This document shows positions 1-6,750 of a stretch of DNA of 32,000 nt, piece after piece. The stretch comes from Propionibacterium freudenreichii subsp. freudenreichii (GTDB taxonomy: Bacteria; Actinomycetota; Actinomycetes; Propionibacteriales; Propionibacteriaceae): the NCBI RefSeq assembly GCF_000940845.1, contig NZ_CP010341.1, positions 30,001 through 62,000 on the forward strand. Direction: 5' to 3'. Both the position numbers and the translations under genes were made by a program. Below the pieces are notes generated by a model. That model did no database searches, was not told where the DNA came from, and worked only from the letters and a program-made list of their open reading frames with translations. Position 1 is the first letter of the stretch; the number at the start of each line of letters is the position of its first letter.

Positions 1-93
1 CTGGTCACGGCCATCACCACGCTGTTCAGTTTCGTGTACAACGTGGCCGCCAATGTGATCGGCGGCCTCGAGGTGACACTGGCCGAGGACTGA
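1..93 (+). CDS. 3' end of a membrane protein gene (DUF3566-like), 5'-partial
   Basis: The frame is open from base 1 to TGA at 91-93 and reads LVTAITTLFSFVYNVAANVIGGLEVTLAED*. This is a hydrophobic helix followed by an acidic tail. Its position just upstream of tRNA-Ile fits the conserved actinobacterial gyrA / DUF3566 / tRNA-Ile order. That assignment is recalled from context, not searched. Confidence 0.4.
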   Translation: MVTAITTLFSFVYNVAANVIGGLEVTLAED

Positions 94-166
94 GTGAGTT
101 GAGCGTGAGGGACGTCGTGCGATAAAGTCTCTCTTCGGTACGGGGGACAACCTCCCCAGCACCGAT

Positions 167-243
167 GGGCCTATAGCTCAGTTGGTTAGAGCGCGTCCCT
201 GATAAGGACGAGGTCACTGGTTCAAGTCCAGTTAGGCCCACCA
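167..243 (+). tRNA. tRNA-Ile (anticodon GAU), CCA encoded
   Basis: The cloverleaf was read by hand. Acceptor GGGCCTA/TAGGCCC, D-arm GCTC..GAGC, anticodon stem CGTCC/GGACG with loop CTGATAA (anticodon GAT), T-arm ACTGG-TTCAAGT-CCAGT, discriminator A, then CCA. Confidence 0.95.
219..242. repeat. attL core (ggttcaagtccagttaggcccacc), part of the functional tRNA-Ile T-arm and acceptor 3' strand
   Basis: Identical 24-mer at 6639-6662. The match extends to 27 bp with one mismatch (ac[t/g]gg...). Confidence 0.85.
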
Positions 244-289
244 AAGAATGTGCCTCTGACAAGCTTCGATGCTCTGAGCCCTCTCGACA

Positions 290-311
290 GGGTACGAATC
301 GGGTACGAATT
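290..311. repeat. Two tandem 11-bp repeats (gggtacgaatc gggtacgaatt): candidate integrase arm-type sites, left arm
   Basis: They lie 48 bp inside attL. The same motif in the same orientation occurs three times at 6479-6511, inside attR. Confidence 0.55.
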
Positions 312-422
312 CCCGTCGGTCCTCGCGTACGCGCGCGTGTGAGAGCGGGCCCGCCCACGCGCTCACCGGCGTGGCTCTCGCACGGCCTACACATAGCCCT
401 GACACCGCGAATCATGGGTGAC

Positions 423-449
423 AACTGATACCCCCCTGGGGTATCAGTT
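423..449. other. Perfect 12-bp stem / 3-nt loop hairpin (aactgatacccc-cct-ggggtatcagtt) in the non-coding terminal ~490 bp of the island
   Basis: The inverted repeat was read directly. No T-tract follows on either strand. It lies downstream of the last island gene. Function is unknown; terminator or a DNA recognition site are possibilities. Confidence 0.4.
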
Positions 450-621
450 CCGTGGGGAATGCCGCTATGTCTGGTCGGGTCGAGGGATACAGTCCAGACT
501 TTCCCCCCATGTTTTGTGGAAAGGGTGCCCATACAGGGCATGCAGGGTGATTGGGGTTGGGCGACCGGAAACCGCGTTCTCCCGGGTCCAGGATCACCGA
601 CCCTACGACTACACCACCCAT

Positions 622-668
622 GGGCTGCAAGTCCGGGAGATCTGCGACGGTGGGCCTCTAATCATGAC
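622..668. repeat. Copy 1 of a ~47-bp direct repeat; degenerate duplicate of the 3' end of the FDXHR gene
   Basis: gggctgc..gggagatctgcgacggtgggcctctaatcatgac matches 1468-1514. The core 34 bp matches at 31/34 positions, including 24 consecutive identities. In the corresponding minus-strand frame the Trp codon of copy 2 is TAG here. Confidence 0.7.
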
Positions 669-730
669 TGGAGCACAGCAGCGCCCCGGGTAGTTCGCGG
701 TGAACCACTCGGGGCGGTGATGTTGGTCGG

Positions 731-1411
731 TCAGACGGCCACGTCCGCAGACGTGAGCTGTTGCCTCTGACCGAACGGCTGGACATTTGTCACCGGCAGC
801 GCGTCGGCATCGTCCAGCTCGCGGAACAGATCGGGGTCGCCGTCGGCCAGGCCCAGGAGGTCCTGGGAATCCAGCTCCCCGCCCAACGCGATCTTGTGCG
901 CAGCCCGGGCCACACCTGCCTCCTGCTGTGCCGTCGCGAGTTGGCTGGCCAGGGCGCCGTAGAGTTCCTGGTTCTCGGGCAGCGCCGGGTACGCCCGGAC
1001 CACGGCCTCGGGGATGTACGCGGCCTCGTCCTCGGGCAGCTCGTGGGCGCCGATCGTGGCCAGGGTCTCCAGCTCGTGGGCGGAGGCGGACGGGGCGATT
1101 GTGTCGACGTTCGCCGTCCCGGCTGCGATACGTGCCGAAAGCCGCTGCCAGGTCAACTCTCGGGCGATGACGGTCTGGGGATCGGACGACGGCGCCAGGT
1201 CCTTGGCGAACTGATCGTTGAGAGCCTGCTGAGCCTTCTCTTCCCGGGCCAGCGCCACCTTCACCTCCGAGATGACCCATTCGCGGGTTGGCGCGATCTG
1301 CTTCTCTCGGTACTCGGCCAGGCCGCTCGCTGACAGGCTCGGGTTGGTGTAGGCATCGGCGGCCTTCTTGTCTGCCATGAACTTGCGGAATGCATCGGTG
1401 ATGCTAGACAT
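731..1411 (-). CDS. Hypothetical acidic, Ala-rich, probably helical protein (226 aa); last gene of the island
   Basis: ATG at 1411 is preceded by aaaggaag. Codon bias is typical of coding sequence. I recognise no motif (MSSITDAFRKFMADKKAADAY...). It is flanked by the 47-bp direct repeats. Confidence 0.6.
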   Translation of the reverse strand: MSSITDAFRKFMADKKAADAYTNPSLSASGLAEYREKQIAPTREWVISEVKVALAREEKAQQALNDQFAKDLAPSSDPQTVIARELTWQRLSARIAAGTANVDTIAPSASAHELETLATIGAHELPEDEAAYIPEAVVRAYPALPENQELYGALASQLATAQQEAGVARAAHKIALGGELDSQDLLGLADGDPDLFRELDDADALPVTNVQPFGQRQQLTSADVAV

Positions 1412-1455
1412 GATGGACTTCCTTTCGAGGAGCTATCTGATGGTTGGGGGTGTAG

Positions 1456-1740
1456 TTATGCGGGATCGGGCTGCGCGGCTGGGAGATCTGCGACGGTGGG
1501 CCTCCAATCGTCACTTCCGGGCCAGTGCCATACGCCCTTGGCATTCCGCACGAGGCCCTTGGCGGCTATCTCGTCGGGTGTGAGGCAGCGGCGCGGTATG
1601 TAGGGGCGCTGCGGGTCGTGGTGGTCGTAGTAGTCACCAACCCGGTGCAGGTCCCCCGCCGATGTGCCCGAGAACAGCTCGTTGCAGACGGGGCAGAGCT
1701 CTGTCTTGAAGCCAGGGATTGCGGGGCGCTTCGCGCTCAT
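1456..1740 (-). CDS. FDXHR-family-like zinc-binding protein (phage-associated small protein), 94 aa
   Basis: The internal ATG at 1740 is preceded by gggagggg. It carries CPVC ... GDLHRVG ... RRC and a GVWHWPG tail (MSAKRPAIPGFKTELCPVCNELF...). The longer 163-aa ORF extension runs through the iteron DNA and was rejected. Confidence 0.55.
   Translation of the reverse strand: MSAKRPAIPGFKTELCPVCNELFSGTSAGDLHRVGDYYDHHDPQRPYIPRRCLTPDEIAAKGLVRNAKGVWHWPGSDDWRPTVADLPAAQPDPA
1468..1514. repeat. Copy 2 of the ~47-bp direct repeat (the authentic 3' coding end of the FDXHR gene)
   Basis: See 622-668. On the minus strand this copy encodes ...GSDDWRPTVADLP. Confidence 0.7.
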
Positions 1741-1786
1741 GCTGGATTCCCCTCCCGAGCCAGGGGGGCATCCAATCGGAGGGCAG

Positions 1787-1930
1787 AACATACCGGCGTT
1801 TTCTTGGCCCCCGGTATGTTCCGCCGGATCTACCGATGAAGAACCTACCTCGAACCCCCCTAAAGGGGTACGTTCGGTAGGTTTCTTCGAACCTACCGAG
1901 CCGGTATGTTCCGGTATGTTCCGGTACCTT
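1787..1930. repeat. Iteron / palindrome cluster, candidate replication origin of the island
   Basis: The 10-mer ccggtatgtt is direct at 1811-1820, 1901-1910 and 1911-1920, degenerate at 1921-1930 (ccggtacctt), and inverted at 1787-1796. A second motif, gaacctacc, occurs at 1841-1849 and 1889-1897. The arms cggtaggtt (1875-1883) and aacctaccg (1890-1898) form a 9-bp palindrome. The block begins 14 bp after the helicase stop codon (1944-1946). Confidence 0.6.
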
Positions 1931-1943
1931 CTGGAAGGGCACC

Positions 1944-3524
1944 TCATTTCGCTCCTCCTGGCTCGGTATTTTCGGCCAGCTTGTAGTAGAACCCGCCACC
2001 CTGTTTGTGGCGAGGCACGGTTCCGACTACCCCGTTCTTGACCAGCTGATCGCGCGCCTTGGTGAGGGACGAATCCTTGATCCCTGTCGCGTCTCCCAGC
2101 TCCTTCCCCGATAGACCCTCCGGGCGAACGGGGCGAGGATCGGCCTGATAGTCGGACAGCGCCTTCAGGACGGCTTGGGTGGCCTTCTGCTGGTCTCGGG
2201 AGGCCTTGGCGGTCTTCCGGCTACCGACGCCGGACAGACGAACGTGCTGGGTTCTTGGGTCGAAGTCCATCTGGTCCTCGGGCACGTCCACGTCTCGCCC
2301 GTAGGCGGAGAAGTAGCGCGGCGCAGCATCCTCGGTGTTGCCCTGCTGGTCGTGCTCTTTTGTGAGCTTCCACGTGGCATCTGGCCAGTCGAGAATGCGG
2401 CTGTCACCCCGGCTGCGCTCCCCGCTGTGGCCCATGTGGTGCACCACGAGCAAGTTGGGAATGCCCGCCTCAGCTACGAGAGAGTCGAGGGCGTCGAGAA
2501 TCCGCCCTGCATCGTGGTCCTCGTCTAGCCCCAGAGCATCCATGAGTGGCCGGAGGCAGTCGAGGATGAGCACTTGGTGGCCGCGCAGCAGGTCGGCCCA
2601 CTGGTGGCGGACATCCTCGTCAAGGATGTCGAAGGAGGAAACACGGCCCCGCAGAGGGACGATAGACACCCGGTCCTGGTTGACTATCCCCTGCTGGGTC
2701 AGCCACCGGCGGAGCATGTTCCGGCTGAGTTCGTCGTCGATGATGGCGGTCCTCCACTGGCCAGGCATCGGGGCGAACCTGTTCAGCAGAGGCACCCCGT
2801 CCACGATGGCGCGGGTCACGTTGCCGACCAGAGTCGTCTTGCCTGCCTTGAACTGGGCTGCCAGGACAATGTGCCCGTCCATCGGCCACACCTGCTCTAC
2901 AAAGTAGACGGGCGCATCATCCGGTTCCGAGGCCAGGGCGTCGAGGGTAACGATGGGCGGGATTGTGGACTCCCGGCCTTCGGCCTTGAGTTCACGGGCT
3001 GCGATCTGGCGGGCCTGCTGGCGCAGCTTCTCCCGATCGATCAGCTCGCGCAGCTCATCCTTTCCCCCCGCCTCCCGCCCTGGCTCGGGCTTCCCGCTCA
3101 TGTACGGGCCGAAGTCTTCGTCCGCGCTGGGATTCTGGGGATGAAGAGGATCGTCGCCTGCCTTCTCGAGCGCGTCGCTCCACTTGTGCGCCACCCTGTC
3201 AGGACCGAACCCGTCGTCCGTCGGGCAGCGATTCTTGAAGTCCTTCTCGGCCTGCTCGATCGTGTAGTCCGTGCCAGAGTTAGCAGCGCGGACGAGCTGG
3301 CAGGCGACAGCGAAGCATCCCGAGTCCCACCCGTCGCCGCGCTCGGTGCGATCCCCAGGTGCCAGGGCTTCGAGCTTGTCGAGGTCGCCCAGCACGCCCG
3401 CCACGGTCCGGCGGACGTAGTCGGCAGAGACAGGATCCTCCTGGCCAGGAGCGGTAGCTGGAGCCGGAACGGTCTCCGCGTCCTTCTCGGCCGTCTCGGC
3501 CAGTATCTCGTCAGGGCTCAGCAT
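1944..3524 (-). CDS. RepA/DnaB-like AAA (RecA-fold, AAA_25-type) replicative ATPase with C-terminal winged-helix-like domain, 526 aa
   Basis: Walker A is AAQFKAGKTT and Walker B is QVLILDCL, followed by LLVVHHMGHSG. The start ATG at 3524 overlaps the upstream stop (ATGCTGA). The 604-aa ORF extension overlaps the upstream gene and was rejected. Confidence 0.75.
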   Translation of the reverse strand: MLSPDEILAETAEKDAETVPAPATAPGQEDPVSADYVRRTVAGVLGDLDKLEALAPGDRTERGDGWDSGCFAVACQLVRAANSGTDYTIEQAEKDFKNRCPTDDGFGPDRVAHKWSDALEKAGDDPLHPQNPSADEDFGPYMSGKPEPGREAGGKDELRELIDREKLRQQARQIAARELKAEGRESTIPPIVTLDALASEPDDAPVYFVEQVWPMDGHIVLAAQFKAGKTTLVGNVTRAIVDGVPLLNRFAPMPGQWRTAIIDDELSRNMLRRWLTQQGIVNQDRVSIVPLRGRVSSFDILDEDVRHQWADLLRGHQVLILDCLRPLMDALGLDEDHDAGRILDALDSLVAEAGIPNLLVVHHMGHSGERSRGDSRILDWPDATWKLTKEHDQQGNTEDAAPRYFSAYGRDVDVPEDQMDFDPRTQHVRLSGVGSRKTAKASRDQQKATQAVLKALSDYQADPRPVRPEGLSGKELGDATGIKDSSLTKARDQLVKNGVVGTVPRHKQGGGFYYKLAENTEPGGAK

Positions 3525-4039
3525 GCGTCTGCCCCCTCGTAAATCTCGTAATCGTTCCAGCGCCGATTGTTCGAGGGCAGGAACGAGAACTGGATGGGGT
3601 CGGCGCACGTCTGGTCGAACTGCTCGGTGCCGAGTTGTCGGATGAGCTTGCCAGCGATGATCGTGTACTCGTCGGGCATCACCGGGCGCGATAGCGGGAT
3701 GATGATGCGGTAGCGGGGGGCCTTGGGCCTGCTTCTCCAGGTGCTGTGCACAAGGCACCGCACTCCGAGCGCCAGAACTTTGTCGGGAAGATCGGGCCAG
3801 GCCGCGTCGGCATCCAGCAGGACCGCTGAGCGGGACAGGATGGTCGTCTTCCGGCGGTACACCTCACCGGTCAGCGGGTCGCGCATGAGTGTGCCAAACA
3901 GCCAGCACCCGCATTCCTTGTGGTTTGCGGGATGCCGAACCACCTCGATAATCTCGTCCCAGGTCATGGAGCCGTTGGTCCAGACCTTGGAGTCCTTGCG
4001 TGGGGCACGCGCGACGGCATACGTGGTTGGCTCAGTCAT
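3518..4039 (-). CDS. Putative primase-polymerase-like (AEP-type) replication protein, 173 aa
   Basis: It has a DxD-like motif (AVLLDADA), an H-S/T motif (CLVHSTWRS) and RYRIIIPLSRP. It is translationally coupled to the helicase gene. The family assignment rests on motifs only. Confidence 0.5.
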   Translation of the reverse strand: MTEPTTYAVARAPRKDSKVWTNGSMTWDEIIEVVRHPANHKECGCWLFGTLMRDPLTGEVYRRKTTILSRSAVLLDADAAWPDLPDKVLALGVRCLVHSTWRSRPKAPRYRIIIPLSRPVMPDEYTIIAGKLIRQLGTEQFDQTCADPIQFSFLPSNNRRWNDYEIYEGADAC

Positions 4040-4464
4040 CGGGAGTCACCACCGTAGGGCCGCTGGCGTGTCTGCTGCTCAAATTCCAGCGAGACGAAGT
4101 TGGCATGGTCGTCGCCACCGTCGTAGAGGAACTGGCGGGACCGCCAGCCCGGTCGTAGCTCGGTGATCCGGACACGAGTTGGAAGGGCGACGCCCATCGT
4201 CTCTGCCTCTGCGCGTTCACCCCACGTCGTGTCGCGCTCATAGCTATCCTGGCCAGGATGAAGGATGAACCACGCTTCATCGCGGGCCTGGGCGCGGTCG
4301 GCCTTGAGGCCTGCCGGGCACGTCGGCTCGTGAACCATTCCTCCAGCTGGAGAGAACGTCGCTCCGCAATCGGGGCAGGCGGTAGCCTTGAAGGCACGTT
4401 GCTTAGCTGATCTACCTTGAGCCGCCCAGTCGCCCGCTGGGCGGTTTCTCTTTGATCGAGACAT
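4036..4464 (-). CDS. Hypothetical protein with a putative Zn-ribbon (CPDC...H..C), 142 aa
   Basis: Contains ACPDCGATFSPAGGMVHEPTCPAG. Its stop overlaps the next start (ATGA at 4036-4039). Its start lies 3 nt after the Xis stop. Confidence 0.55.
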   Translation of the reverse strand: MSRSKRNRPAGDWAAQGRSAKQRAFKATACPDCGATFSPAGGMVHEPTCPAGLKADRAQARDEAWFILHPGQDSYERDTTWGERAEAETMGVALPTRVRITELRPGWRSRQFLYDGGDDHANFVSLEFEQQTRQRPYGGDSR

Positions 4465-4467
4465 TGC

Positions 4468-4689
4468 TTAGGCCACCCTCTCTACGAGTGAGAGGACATC
4501 GGCCGTCTTGACGCGCAGAGTGCGGGTCCGGCCGATGCGGTAGCACGGCAGCTGACCGTCGGCGGTCAGGCGCTTGAGGGTGCGCACGGAGCAGCCGAGG
4601 AGCTCTGCTGCCTGGGGATAGCCCACGAACTTTCCGTGCTGCTGGAGCGCGGCGGAGCGGTCCTGCGGGGTGAAGGCTGAGGTGGTCAT
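4468..4689 (-). CDS. xis: Excisionase / AlpA-like helix-turn-helix DNA-binding protein, 73 aa
   Basis: AAELLGCSVRTLKRLTADGQLPCYRIGRTRTLRVKTADVLSLV is the typical excisionase-family (MerR-like) HTH plus wing. There is an ATGA overlap with the upstream gene. Confidence 0.7.
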   Translation of the reverse strand: MTTSAFTPQDRSAALQQHGKFVGYPQAAELLGCSVRTLKRLTADGQLPCYRIGRTRTLRVKTADVLSLVERVA

Positions 4690-4970
4690 CGTTCCACCGC
4701 CGCATCGAGCAGCATGGACGCGAGGAAGTCGGTCTGCTCCGGCGTGAAGGCTGGCCCCTTGGCGAGCGCGTCGGCAATGTGGCGAGCCAGCACAACCGTG
4801 TTGATTTCGCCCTTTGCCTTGGCCACGGCGGCAGGGTCGGGCGTTGGGTTGCCCACGTAGAGCCGAGCCAGGCGGGCCTTGGCATCCGCGATGGCGGGGT
4901 CTCTACGGTGATCGAGATTGGGGTCAATGAGCTGTCGGTAGGGCCTCTTCGGATGGGTAGATTTGGACAT
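4686..4970 (-). CDS. Hypothetical protein, 94 aa; first gene after the only internal intergenic gap
   Basis: ATG at 4970 is preceded by ggag. The protein begins MSKSTHPKRPYRQLIDPNLDHRRDP... and I recognise no motif. The longer 130-aa ORF start lacks an RBS. Confidence 0.5.
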   Translation of the reverse strand: MSKSTHPKRPYRQLIDPNLDHRRDPAIADAKARLARLYVGNPTPDPAAVAKAKGEINTVVLARHIADALAKGPAFTPEQTDFLASMLLDAAVER

Positions 4971-5224
4971 GCGGAACTCCGGGAGATCGTTCTCGCGGCT
5001 TCCGCTGGCGCCTCTGCGACGAGACGGCGGACTGTGTTGCCGATACCCAATCCCGGCCCACCCGGGATGCCCTAGCATGATCTGTCCGCCACGGGGAATC
5101 GCACCCGTGGTAAGGCTCCGTGTATGTTGCCTAGGAATGACGCGGCTACCTGGCTGGACTACAGAAGTTGAGCCACTTCCTCCGGCGACTCAGACTACCC
5201 AACTTGAGGCAAGTATACGCCGAT

Positions 5225-6421
5225 TCAACTAGTTCCGCTGCTCTGCACCTTCGACAGCTCCGACACCCGATCTGCGAGCTCAGCAATGCGGCTGTGGGCG
5301 GCATGCTGATACCGCATGGCGATCTCGGGATCGGCGTGACCCATGAGTGTCATGAGTTCCTTGGTGGTGGCACCGGCCACGGCGTAGTTGGTGGCGGCGA
5401 AGTGGCGGAGCTTGTGGAAGCTCAGGTCATCTCGTCCCAGCATGTGCCTGGCTCGGTAATAGCCACCGCCCTGCTTCTTGACGTTCCCGTCCTTGTCGTA
5501 CGTGGGCCGGTGACCGTACAGCTGCCCCGGTGTGAGGTAGTCCGTGCCGGGCGTGGTCGGTGGGAACAGGAGGCCGTCCTTGCCCCACTGCGCGTAGCGC
5601 TTCAGGTGTTCGCGTAGGTCTGGCCAGATGTTGCGAGGGATGGGCACGCGGCGCTCTCCGCTGTCGCTCTTCGGTGTCGTGACCTGCTGGTGCCCGTCCA
5701 CCGTCACAATGCCCCGAGCCACGGAGATGTAGCCCCCGGTGTCGTTGAGCTCGATGTCGGATCGGCGGAGCGCTGCAAGCTCACCGAACCGCAACCCGCA
5801 CCATGCGGCGATCAGGACCGCTGCACGATGCTGAGGAGGCATGAGATCGGCTAGCTGGCCAACTTGTTCGACGGTGAACAGCTCGACCTCGGGATGACGA
5901 CGGCCCCCGCTGGCGCCCCGCACGTGCACAGGGTTGGTGGCGATGATGCCGTCCTCCACAGCGCTGGCCAGGATGGAGCGGAAGAGCGCATAGGCATGAG
6001 ACCGGGCAACCGGCGCGCCCGGGTCCATGGACTCGTACCATGCCAGCGTTTGAGCCCGGTCTATGGCGGTGATCGGCACGTCGAGGAACCGAGCCAGGGC
6101 ATGAGCACGCATGGCCCGGTAGTCCGCTGCGGTGCGGGCCTTGAGCGGTCGCCCACGAACCTGCCGGTGCTCGATCCAGCGTGCGGAGTAGACACCGAAC
6201 GTGATCTGGTCGGCTTCCTCAACCGCGCGGCGTTGCGCGGGAGGAGTCCACTCGTCACGGTCGATGAGAAGTTGCTCGCCGATGAGCCACTGGTCCGCGA
6301 GCTCGAAGCTGGCGAAAGTGTGCCCCGGCGTGTGCAGCACTCCCAGACGCCAGTAGCGGGCCTTGAATCCTCGGTCCTTGGCCATGATGGTGCCCAGCGT
6401 GGACTTCCGACGGCGCTTCAT
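5225..6421 (-). CDS. int: Tyrosine recombinase / phage-type integrase, 398 aa
   Basis: The C-terminal catalytic region reads WCGLRFGELAALRRSDI ... HKLRHFAATNYAVAGATTKELMTLMGHADPEIAMRYQH (R...HxxR...Y). The N-terminal region is arm-binding-like. The gene is adjacent to attR. Confidence 0.9.
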   Translation of the reverse strand: MKRRRKSTLGTIMAKDRGFKARYWRLGVLHTPGHTFASFELADQWLIGEQLLIDRDEWTPPAQRRAVEEADQITFGVYSARWIEHRQVRGRPLKARTAADYRAMRAHALARFLDVPITAIDRAQTLAWYESMDPGAPVARSHAYALFRSILASAVEDGIIATNPVHVRGASGGRRHPEVELFTVEQVGQLADLMPPQHRAAVLIAAWCGLRFGELAALRRSDIELNDTGGYISVARGIVTVDGHQQVTTPKSDSGERRVPIPRNIWPDLREHLKRYAQWGKDGLLFPPTTPGTDYLTPGQLYGHRPTYDKDGNVKKQGGGYYRARHMLGRDDLSFHKLRHFAATNYAVAGATTKELMTLMGHADPEIAMRYQHAAHSRIAELADRVSELSKVQSSGTS

Positions 6422-6478
6422 CGCTGGGCCGTCCTATGGAAGTTGTGGCTCAGTTCGCTCATTTCGGTTCCTCAAACA

Positions 6479-6511
6479 GGGTACGATCCGGGTACGATCC
6501 GGGTACGATTT
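6479..6511. repeat. Three tandem 11-bp repeats (gggtacgatcc x2, gggtacgattt): candidate integrase arm-type sites, right arm
   Basis: They lie between the int start (6421) and attR (6639). The motif and orientation match 290-311. Confidence 0.55.
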
Positions 6512-6638
6512 GAGGCTAGTTTAGCCCGTTGAGCCCGCTTAGCGCTACAACGAGAGTGGTTTCTGTGGTCTCCATATTCCCTAGCCAGGAGGCATATCTC
6601 CTCGTCGGGGTGGGATCAGCGATTTCCAGAGGCTAACG

Positions 6639-6662
6639 GGTTCAAGTCCAGTTAGGCCCACC
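6639..6662. repeat. attR core; displaced ancestral 3' fragment of tRNA-Ile
   Basis: Identical to 219-242. Downstream it reads ...cccaccG rather than ...cccaccA, so the ancestral gene apparently did not encode the full CCA. Confidence 0.85.
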
Positions 6663-6670
6663 GCACCACG

Positions 6671-6712
6671 AAGGCCGGTTGACGGGTGAAAGCCCTTGTC
6701 AACCGGCCTTTT
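6671..6712 (+). terminator. Rho-independent terminator, probably the original tRNA-Ile terminator
   Basis: A 13-bp stem (aaggccggttgac / gtcaaccggcctt) is followed by tt; with the two closing t's of the stem this gives a tttt run. It lies 9 bp after the displaced tRNA end. Confidence 0.7.
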
Positions 6713-6750
6713 GCATGTGCCGGGTGCGTGCCCGGCCGGAGGGGGAGTCC

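Larger units (their letters stand above)
219..6662 (-). mobile_element. ~6.4-kb integrative island in the tRNA-Ile 3' end (integrase + Xis + primase/helicase replication module; no structural or transfer genes recognised)
   Basis: Perfect 24-bp direct repeats bound it (219-242 within the tRNA, and 6639-6662). The integrase gene abuts the distal repeat. All eight genes are co-directional and mostly tightly spaced, with overlapping stop/start codons at 3518-3524, 4036-4039 and 4686-4689. The displaced tRNA 3' fragment at 6639-6662 is followed by a terminator hairpin. Confidence 0.85.

Noticed and set aside
26-541. 171-aa minus-strand ORF spanning the tRNA-Ile gene and attL
   Set aside because: It overlaps a well-folded tRNA and the att core. 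The neighbouring small ORFs at 412-770 are likewise unsupported. ORF 412-630 continues in frame from the degenerate duplicated FDXHR 3' end, which carries an internal TAG.
1741-3758. Long N-terminal extensions of the FDXHR ORF (to 1947) and the helicase ORF (to 3758)
   Set aside because: The extensions run through iteron DNA or overlap the upstream primase-like gene in another frame. Internal ATGs at 1740 and 3524 have good RBS or coupling signals.
219-6662. Classifying the island as an intact prophage or as an AICE / conjugative element
   Set aside because: At 6.4 kb with eight genes it is too small for a prophage, and no structural or lysis genes are recognisable. There is no FtsK/TraB-like translocase, no rolling-circle Rep and no relaxase, so AICE, ICE and IME labels are unsupported.
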